64,000 nt of DNA from an uncultured virus (IMG/VR IMGVR_UViG_3300022752_006411) (lineage: Duplodnaviria; Heunggongvirae; Uroviricota; Caudoviricetes), in the IMG/VR virus record IMGVR_UViG_3300022752_006411. One strand, given 5' to 3'. Made by a program: the position numbers and the translations under genes. Within the stretch, counting starts at the first letter, position 1. Each line of letters begins with the position of its first letter. Below the pieces are notes generated by a model. It did no database searches. It was given only the letters and a program-made list of their open reading frames with translations, and was not told the origin of the DNA. Positions 57,386-64,000 of the stretch are shown here, piece by piece.

Positions 57386-58425
57386 TTTTTATAAGAACTC
57401 TCAATTTCTTCGTCGGAAGGCCCAGACCCACCAACAATAGTGGATCTGGCCTCTCCCATGAGTCTATCGTTTCTAACGTCAGGGGTGTCGGAAACAGCAA
57501 ACTTGACAGAGCGACAGAAGTGAATTGGAGAAAACATTTTCAAAATCGCGCACAATTCTTCATAGGAATCTGCGTAGTTGCAAACCCTATCGAGAAACTT
57601 GGTTCCATCAACCAATTGCGGATAAAACTTGGTGTGAGACTCAACATTTTGCTTGATTGAAACCCAACCTTCATTAGTTATTCCCTTGAGCATATCAATT
57701 TTTGCCTTATCAGACAAACTATTTCCATCTTCATCCATACCATTGATTACCTGAAAAAGAATCTCAGATGCGGAAATCTGCACATCACTCGCAGGCTCCA
57801 ACTTGCCCTCAGAAAACCTACCATAAAGAAGATCAGTAAAATTCAAACTCCACTGAGGAACAAAACTAACTTCTTTAGCAATAAGATTCTTGGAGTTTTC
57901 CAAACTAACACCAAGATCAACAAGGCCACGAAGCATTGCGTCTTCTGGGGTTTCTTCCTCAGAAGGCTGGGGCGTGTTGATCTTAATCTTAGAGCCAGAA
58001 ATAACCATGAAAAGACCTTCGGCATCAAGGCGACCTTCCGAATTCATTACCTTGATGGATGGATTCTTGGGCTGAGACTTGCTGTTCCAAAGAGCCTGCT
58101 TGTATTTTTCCATAATTGCAGAATAAATATCTTCAGTTTGAGACTTCTGGCTTGCCTCAAACATATCACATAATTCTCTTGTGGCCGCAAAAGTCACAAA
58201 CTTCTGCTGAGTCTCTTCATCAATATCAACAACAGGACGGTCAGAAGGCTTAACCTCTTTTGTAGAGGGCTTGACCTTGGACTTGAAAACATCAATCAAC
58301 TTACTCTTTTTGGTAGGAGCAGGAGCGTCACGGTCAACGGCCATAGGAATAGAGTGAACAACCTTGTCCTTCTTTTCAGAAGGGGTCTTGGAAGCCTTAG
58401 AAGTCTTGCTGGTTTCTTTACTCAT
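57382..58425 (-). CDS. hypothetical protein, probably highly expressed
   Basis: 347 aa; GGGAG Shine-Dalgarno; visibly more GC-rich codons; first gene after a ~300-bp intergenic region. Confidence 0.8.
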   Translation of the reverse strand: MSKETSKTSKASKTPSEKKDKVVHSIPMAVDRDAPAPTKKSKLIDVFKSKVKPSTKEVKPSDRPVVDIDEETQQKFVTFAATRELCDMFEASQKSQTEDIYSAIMEKYKQALWNSKSQPKNPSIKVMNSEGRLDAEGLFMVISGSKIKINTPQPSEEETPEDAMLRGLVDLGVSLENSKNLIAKEVSFVPQWSLNFTDLLYGRFSEGKLEPASDVQISASEILFQVINGMDEDGNSLSDKAKIDMLKGITNEGWVSIKQNVESHTKFYPQLVDGTKFLDRVCNYADSYEELCAILKMFSPIHFCRSVKFAVSDTPDVRNDRLMGEARSTIVGGSGPSDEEIESSYKK

Positions 58426-58725
58426 TTGTTTCTCCCTAATTTTTAGTTTTTCTTTCTTTCTTTCCTTTGTTCATTTCGACACAACTAAGAAAGATCTCAA
58501 ACAAACCTTGTTATGGGCCACCTATTTTTATTTTAGAATTATTTTTCTCCGATTCAAGATGGTAGATCAAGAAATCAAAGATGTAAAGCAGGTGCTTATT
58601 TTTTTAAATTTAATTAATTAAAATTAATTCTTTTATGCAGCCATTATAAAGACCTTGCACAAAAAATGTCTCATAAATAAATGATAATTGAAAATTAGCA
58701 TTTATTTATACTATTTTAGTTCATT

Positions 58726-58932
58726 ATGATATTGGAAACAGCATTTTTTTTAAATTTTGATTTGAAAGCCGAAATAACAAAAGACTTAAATAAAGAAAAG
58801 TACAAATTAGTCGAAGATAAATTTGTGCAAGCAGAAAAAGAAAGAGATATAGAAACAGAAAGACTTTTTTTAGAGTTATTTAAAGTTTTAGAAAAAGAAC
58901 AAAGAGAATTTATTCCAACTTTTAACAAATAA
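58726..58932 (+). CDS. small hypothetical protein
   Basis: 68-aa charged ORF. Confidence 0.5.
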   Translation: MILETAFFLNFDLKAEITKDLNKEKYKLVEDKFVQAEKERDIETERLFLELFKVLEKEQREFIPTFNK

Positions 58933-59143
58933 ATTTCATAGAAGATTTGCATTCATCTAATAATGATTCTGTATGAAAAAACATTTGAGACTTTGAGCTT
59001 TCATCATCTTTTATTTCTTCTGTACCAACTATTATAAACTTTCCAATCTCTTTATGCTTCCTGACCACCCGCATTGCCGCTTGCTTATGACTGCTGGCGT
59101 TTTGAGTTGTTACAACAGATCCTGTTTGAACATGATACAACAT
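58922..59143 (-). CDS. hypothetical protein
   Basis: GGGAG Shine-Dalgarno; promoter TTGACA-17-TACAAT at 59172-59200. Confidence 0.65.
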   Translation of the reverse strand: MLYHVQTGSVVTTQNASSHKQAAMRVVRKHKEIGKFIIVGTEEIKDDESSKSQMFFHTESLLDECKSSMKFIC

Positions 59144-59213
59144 TGTTTTTTCTCCCTTATTTTCAAGGAAGATTGTATCAAAATTTATAAATTTTGTCAA
59201 GTTTTTTTATTGC

Positions 59214-60176
59214 TCAAGTTACAATATTTTTTAAATACCAATCTATTGTCTCTGTAAATCTTTGTTCTAAATTAGAACATTCCATTTCTTCTGTTTCGTC
59301 TAAAACAGAAGTCTTATTATACCCTTCAACTTGTTCTATGTTGCAATCGAAACCTTTTTCTTTTAGTATAGATTTCCAACAACTAGACCAATGGTAATTA
59401 GAATTTATTTTTTTACATCCTATATGAATAACACATTCATATTTTTTTGGAAAACAAAGAATGTCAGCAATAATTTTTACAGTATCAACAACAGGAGTCC
59501 ATTGATAAATACTTTTGTCTATTTTTATAGTTTGATTATTTATAGACTTAAAAATAAAGTCCGGAAGCGTTTTATCTAATTGTTGTCTAGGCCCAAATTG
59601 ATCTGCGATTCGTATTATTTTTACATTTATATTATCTTTTACAGATGATAAAAACATGTCTTGACATGCTTTTGAAGCAGAAAAAGAATTTGTTGGATTG
59701 AATGGAGAATTTTTACCAAATCTAAAATTTCCTTCTTCAGAATAAAGTGCTTCTCCATAAACTTTACCAGTGGATATTTGAATAAAATTTTTTATATTTT
59801 TATAGCCTATTAATTTACATAAATTACATGCTATATTTGAATTATTATTAAATAAATCAAAATCTGTTGCGGCATTAATATCTGATGCAAAGTTTATTAT
59901 GTCTGTTTCTGTAGACCACTTTATTCCATATTGAATGTCTATGGTGTTGTTTATATCTTTTCTTAAAAAGACAAAACTTTTATTTGAATAATTTTTTATA
60001 AATGAGTTTATTAAATCATTATGAAAATTAAAATTAAATCTAGAAGAACGGTTTATTTTGTCTAAAAAATAAACCATTTTATAATCGCATAATATGTCAG
60101 GTCGCTCAAGCAAATGCTCTAAAAAATTTATGCCCACAAAACCAGCAGAGCCGGTTATTATAAGTTTTTTTGTCAT
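59214..60176 (-). CDS. NAD-dependent epimerase/dehydratase (RmlB-like) with altered catalytic residues
   Basis: ITGSAGFVG; ISTGKVYG; NSFSASK; FGPRQ. Confidence 0.8.
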   Translation of the reverse strand: MTKKLIITGSAGFVGINFLEHLLERPDILCDYKMVYFLDKINRSSRFNFNFHNDLINSFIKNYSNKSFVFLRKDINNTIDIQYGIKWSTETDIINFASDINAATDFDLFNNNSNIACNLCKLIGYKNIKNFIQISTGKVYGEALYSEEGNFRFGKNSPFNPTNSFSASKACQDMFLSSVKDNINVKIIRIADQFGPRQQLDKTLPDFIFKSINNQTIKIDKSIYQWTPVVDTVKIIADILCFPKKYECVIHIGCKKINSNYHWSSCWKSILKEKGFDCNIEQVEGYNKTSVLDETEEMECSNLEQRFTETIDWYLKNIVT

Positions 60177-61198
60177 TTCGATATTTTTTTAATAGATTCC
60201 TCAAATGTAAAACCTCTATCTTGATATTGTTTAACTGTTAAGATTTGATCTAAATTCATACCTAGCAAAGATTTGGCCTTGTCATCAGATCCGAATATAT
60301 CTAGTATTGTTTGTATATTTGGATTAGAAAATTCAATCACATACTTAAATCTGCTTGGCCTATCTTTTAGAGAGTTATCTACCTTAGAAAGATCATTGAC
60401 TGTCATTATGAAAATGACATTCTCGTAGGTGTTATAAATTCCATCTAAAGCATTTAATATTATATCAAAAGTAAATTTTACATTCTTGTTGTCTTCCCCA
60501 ATCAAACATTTTCTACAATTAAAATAATTATCAAAATCTTCAAATAAAACTATGCAATCATTAGGAATTTGAGAAAACAATAAAAGCAATTCATAATTAT
60601 TCCAATCAGGACTTAAAGTTATAATTTTTATCGGCAATCTGTATTCAAAAGCCAAATATTTTACAAAACTGGTCTTGCCATTCCCAGGATTCCCATAAAA
60701 AATTGCACTAGTTTTTATCTTGCTTTTGATTTCATTTTCAAAATCCAAACATAAATTATTAGTAATTATTGGTTTTCTTGCGCTCTTTAGTTGTCCAATT
60801 TTATCAGATTGATATGGTATTAAAGTATCAACAGGTATAGAGGTATTTTTTTCATGAAAACTTTTAAGAAACTCTTTAAATTTTTTATAACTTGTTCTAA
60901 ATAAAATTATTTTTGTAACATAATCTTTGGCTGTCCAGCCGGCAGTCATCAATCTTTCTTCATGTGTCAAATAAAAACAAGGACATCCTTTTAAGAAACA
61001 AATAGCAGTAAAAACAATTGGATATTTTTTTTCATGAGTAAACTCTTCTTCTAAAAGAATGATTTTATTATTTTTACACAAATCGTAAATTATTTTAAAT
61101 GAATTCTCATCTATTCTAACATCAATAAGAATAACATATCTAAAAAAAGTCCATGCCGTAAATGCAGAAGCAAGTACGGTGAAAATATTAGAAAACAT
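60173..61198 (-). CDS. membrane-anchored BCS1-like AAA ATPase
   Basis: N-terminal TM; GNPGNGKT, LFEDFD, LNALDG, MTVN, RPSRF. Confidence 0.8.
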   Translation of the reverse strand: MFSNIFTVLASAFTAWTFFRYVILIDVRIDENSFKIIYDLCKNNKIILLEEEFTHEKKYPIVFTAICFLKGCPCFYLTHEERLMTAGWTAKDYVTKIILFRTSYKKFKEFLKSFHEKNTSIPVDTLIPYQSDKIGQLKSARKPIITNNLCLDFENEIKSKIKTSAIFYGNPGNGKTSFVKYLAFEYRLPIKIITLSPDWNNYELLLLFSQIPNDCIVLFEDFDNYFNCRKCLIGEDNKNVKFTFDIILNALDGIYNTYENVIFIMTVNDLSKVDNSLKDRPSRFKYVIEFSNPNIQTILDIFGSDDKAKSLLGMNLDQILTVKQYQDRGFTFEESIKKISK

Positions 61199-61210
61199 TT
61201 ATTAGTTGAT

Positions 61211-61480
61211 TTAAATTGTGTTGTACTTAGAAAGAGCTTCAAAAATAGAAACTAATTGTTTTTCTCCAAAATTAGAAAAAGACAACAAAGTTTCTTTTTT
61301 TTGAGCTAAAAGATGGCCAAGATTAGTGATTCCATTCGATTCAAGAAGATTTATTAATCTTTGCTTAACTCCCAGTTGTTCCAAATTTGAAATTGAATGA
61401 TTTTCTTCAACTCCAATTTTTATTGCCTCCAAAGCTTCGTTTGAAATTTCAGGAAGCGAATTAAAACACTTGGTCTTCAT
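61211..61480 (-). CDS. stand-alone RNA polymerase alpha C-terminal-domain-like protein
   Basis: LGVKQRLINLLESNGITNLGHLL...LLSFSNFGEKQL. Confidence 0.75.
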   Translation of the reverse strand: MKTKCFNSLPEISNEALEAIKIGVEENHSISNLEQLGVKQRLINLLESNGITNLGHLLAQKKETLLSFSNFGEKQLVSIFEALSKYNTI

Positions 61481-61505
61481 TTTTATTCTCCCAGAAGGAA
61501 GAATA

Positions 61506-61533
61506 ATTATAAATCATTATAAGGATTTGTCAA
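61506..61533 (-). promoter_or_regulatory. sigma70-type promoter
   Basis: TTGACA-16-TATAAT upstream of the alpha-CTD gene. Confidence 0.75.
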
Positions 61534-61545
61534 GACCAAATTGTG

Positions 61546-61821
61546 TCAAAACCAATATTTATTGGCTTTTTCTAATATGTCTTTATTTACACAAATAACA
61601 GAGTCTCCAATTACCGAATCCACATTGCATTTTGGACACAAGGCAGTTTCGTTATTGTCAATCCAACCAACAACTTCTTTGGGCTCAAAAATACTCAAAC
61701 AATAATAGCAACCACACATTTCCGAATTTTCTAAATATATTTTATTTCTTATGCTATATTTAGAAATTAGATTCATCATGTCTTCGTTTTTATCACGCGG
61801 CACTTTTTGACTTGAAAACAC
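61546..61821 (-). CDS. small zinc-binding protein
   Basis: CGCYYC...TALCPKCNVDSVIGD. Confidence 0.7.
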   Translation of the reverse strand: MFSSQKVPRDKNEDMMNLISKYSIRNKIYLENSEMCGCYYCLSIFEPKEVVGWIDNNETALCPKCNVDSVIGDSVICVNKDILEKANKYWF

Positions 61822-63067
61822 TTTCTTCTCCCTTCACAATACTGTCGGTAATTATCATTTTCTTCAATTTGAACTCAGACAACTCAAAAGTTATTGGATT
61901 CATAATCTTGGTAACAACTCTTCTCAACGCTCTAGCTCCAGTCTTTTCTTTGATTGCCATTCTAGCAATTTCTCTAATCGCTCCGTCTGTGAACTCAAGT
62001 TCTATTCCGCTATACAAAAATTGCTTTTTATACTGCTTTAACAAGGCATTCTTGGGTTCGGTCAAAACATGAACAAGTTCATCTTCGGACAACTCCTCCA
62101 AACAAGTTTGAATTGGAAGTCTACCAATAAATTCAGGGATCATTCCAAATTCAACAAGATCTTCTGATCTTATCTGTTTCAATAGATCATTTTTGCTTAA
62201 TTCTTTTGCAGACTCAGAAGATCCAAATCCAATAGACTTTTTGCCTAGTCTTTTGCTGATTATATCTTCGACTCCAACAAAAGTTCCTCCACAAATAAAC
62301 AATATATTTGATGTGTTTACCTGTAAGAACTCTTGTTCCGGGTGCTTTCTTCCGCCAACAGGAGGAACATTACAAGTTGTCCCTTCAAGCATCTTCAACA
62401 AGGCTTGCTGAACTCCCTCGCCAGAAACATCCCTGGTTATAGAGACATTGCCGCTAGATCTGCCGATCTTATCAATTTCGTCAATATACAAAATTCCCAT
62501 TTCTGCTTTTGATATATCCATGTCAGCAGCCCTAACCAATCTAAGGAGAAGATTTTCAACGTCTTCTCCGACATATCCAGCTTCAGTGACAGTTGTGGCA
62601 TCTCCAATGGCAAAAGGAACGTCTAAAATCTTGGCTAACGTAGAGGCCAGCAAAGTTTTGCCAGAGCCAGTTGGGCCAATCATAAGAACATTACTTTTAT
62701 CAATTTGAGTGTCAGCAAGTTCTTTGTCTTCAATAGTCTTAGACAAGTCTTTGTCCATGAGCCTTACGTAATGATTGTAAACGCTAACGGCCAAGTTCTT
62801 TTTGGCCTCATCTTGACCGCAAATATACTCATCTAATTTCTTAACAATGTCTTTGGGAGAAGACAACTTAATGCCTCCAGACTTTTTTGAAGATTTTAAA
62901 GAAGAAAGTTTTCTCTCCATGATTTGGGAGGCAGTGTGGATACAATCTTCGCAAATGTAAGATTTTTCAGCAGGGCCACCTTCAATCAATGGCCCAATTT
63001 CTTTAGAAGCCTTCCCGCAAAAATTACATTTCTTTTCTTCACAACTTTTTGTGCTTTTCTTTGCCAT
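61793..63067 (-). CDS. clpX: ATP-dependent Clp protease ATP-binding subunit ClpX
   Basis: C4 zinc finger, GPTGSGKT, GYVGEDVE, DEIDK, RDVSGEGVQQALLK, RKHP, IGF loop, GARAL. Confidence 0.97.
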   Translation of the reverse strand: MAKKSTKSCEEKKCNFCGKASKEIGPLIEGGPAEKSYICEDCIHTASQIMERKLSSLKSSKKSGGIKLSSPKDIVKKLDEYICGQDEAKKNLAVSVYNHYVRLMDKDLSKTIEDKELADTQIDKSNVLMIGPTGSGKTLLASTLAKILDVPFAIGDATTVTEAGYVGEDVENLLLRLVRAADMDISKAEMGILYIDEIDKIGRSSGNVSITRDVSGEGVQQALLKMLEGTTCNVPPVGGRKHPEQEFLQVNTSNILFICGGTFVGVEDIISKRLGKKSIGFGSSESAKELSKNDLLKQIRSEDLVEFGMIPEFIGRLPIQTCLEELSEDELVHVLTEPKNALLKQYKKQFLYSGIELEFTDGAIREIARMAIKEKTGARALRRVVTKIMNPITFELSEFKLKKMIITDSIVKGEESVFKSKSAA

Positions 63068-63117
63068 AAATTACTCCTTAATTTAATTCTTGTGGGAAGC
63101 GTACAGAGCATTATAGG

Positions 63118-63900
63118 TCAAACCTGATCGTCCGTAAACTTGGCTTTTCCTTCAGCTTTATTTGATAAAAATGAACTCCATTTATTTTTTATATAATTCA
63201 TATTATTTTTAACGTGTTTTGAAAAATCATTTTCTTTCAAAACTTGAATTGTTGTTTTATTAGCAAAATGATGAACAAGATTTGAAGAATAACAAGCATA
63301 TATTTTTTTATTTTTACTTCTGACTCTCAATGCAAAATCAGCATCTTCACAATAAGCAAATTTTAAATTATCATCAAAAAGGCCAAAGTTTTCATAGGTA
63401 TCACGAGAAAAACACATGCAATAACCACACACATAATCTATTTCGTATCCTTTTCCCTTTTCAATTCCTCTTCCTTCATGATTTAATATTCCGCCATCGT
63501 AACCAACAATTGCGACATCTTTATTTTTTTCTAAAAATCCGATCATCACACTGTCCCAATACCTATCAACCATCGTATCTGAATTTAATAAAATAATATA
63601 TGGATTTTGAGTGTCCTGTATCATTTTATTATTTGGAATAATAAAGCCAACATTTTCATCACTATAATATAATTTGATATTTTTATTTTCTTTGGCAATT
63701 TTTTTTAAGTAACTTGAAGTTTCATTTTTAGAAGCATTGTCCCAAATATATAAATTAAATTTTTTAGTATTTTTATAAATTGAATCAATACAATTTTTAA
63801 TGTACTTAAATTGATCATGCACAACAATTAAAATATCTTTTTTAATTCCTTTTGTATAATCGACCAACAAAAGTTCTTCTTTTATTTTTTCAAGATTCAT
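63118..63900 (-). CDS. family 2 glycosyltransferase
   Basis: DNAS, ENVGF, LLNSD, YCEDADF. Confidence 0.88.
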   Translation of the reverse strand: MNLEKIKEELLLVDYTKGIKKDILIVVHDQFKYIKNCIDSIYKNTKKFNLYIWDNASKNETSSYLKKIAKENKNIKLYYSDENVGFIIPNNKMIQDTQNPYIILLNSDTMVDRYWDSVMIGFLEKNKDVAIVGYDGGILNHEGRGIEKGKGYEIDYVCGYCMCFSRDTYENFGLFDDNLKFAYCEDADFALRVRSKNKKIYACYSSNLVHHFANKTTIQVLKENDFSKHVKNNMNYIKNKWSSFLSNKAEGKAKFTDDQV

Positions 63901-64000
63901 TTATTATCTTTCGTACTTTGCATTAAATCACGAACATTATCTTTGCAAAATCCATGTTCGCCACGTTCAATGAACTCATAAATAACCCCTGTTAGCTGAC
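63897..64000 (-). CDS. C-terminal end of an upstream CDS (partial)
   Basis: Open frame ...GVIYEFIERGEHGFCKDNVRDLMQSTKDNK* with ATGA overlap into the glycosyltransferase. Confidence 0.55.
   Translation of the reverse strand, partial: QLTGVIYEFIERGEHGFCKDNVRDLMQSTKDNK

Noticed and set aside
5..63596. Most plus-strand ORFs in the track (e.g. 1665-2012, 29474-30013, 48375-48707, 62448-62708)
   Set aside because: They are antisense shadows of well-supported minus-strand genes
1..64000. Alternative genetic code (stop-codon reassignment)
   Set aside because: Long conserved genes (clpX, ligases, helicase) are intact in code 11 and all three stops end genes; the breaks seen are frameshifts

Overview
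This window looks like an accessory or early region of an AT-rich jumbo ('huge') phage genome. It has dense, mostly minus-strand genes, many small hypothetical ORFs, no virion structural genes and no bacterial housekeeping operons. Recognisable genes include clpX, two ATP-dependent DNA ligases (one WGR-fused), an Rnl1-type RNA ligase, UvsE, a RuvB-like ATPase, a sigma-factor-like protein, a stand-alone RNAP alpha-CTD, a MoxR/vWA pair, a GHKL-HEXXH protein, a DNA methyltransferase, an acyl carrier protein, and a minimal TilS overlapping a CAT-anticodon tRNA. The most unusual elements are: (1) an operon of a methyltransferase-fold protein, an SF2 helicase and three translationally coupled proteins built from 12 copies of a ~62-aa 'RPDWF' repeat with a shared N-terminal peptide; (2) about 15 paralogues with ~24-aa 'KGRWPEAE' repeats and/or a shared 'LPExxHN' C-terminal cap; (3) a recurrent upstream motif, CAAA-N9-GTCTATT; (4) degenerate ABC-ATPase-like and HicA-like proteins that may be decoys; (5) an iteron-like repeat pair; (6) a GC-rich fragment of a bacterial gene inserted at about 3.1 kb. 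Several 1-nt frameshifts and an exact 99-bp tandem duplication suggest some assembly errors. All family assignments come from motif recognition by eye, not from database searches.
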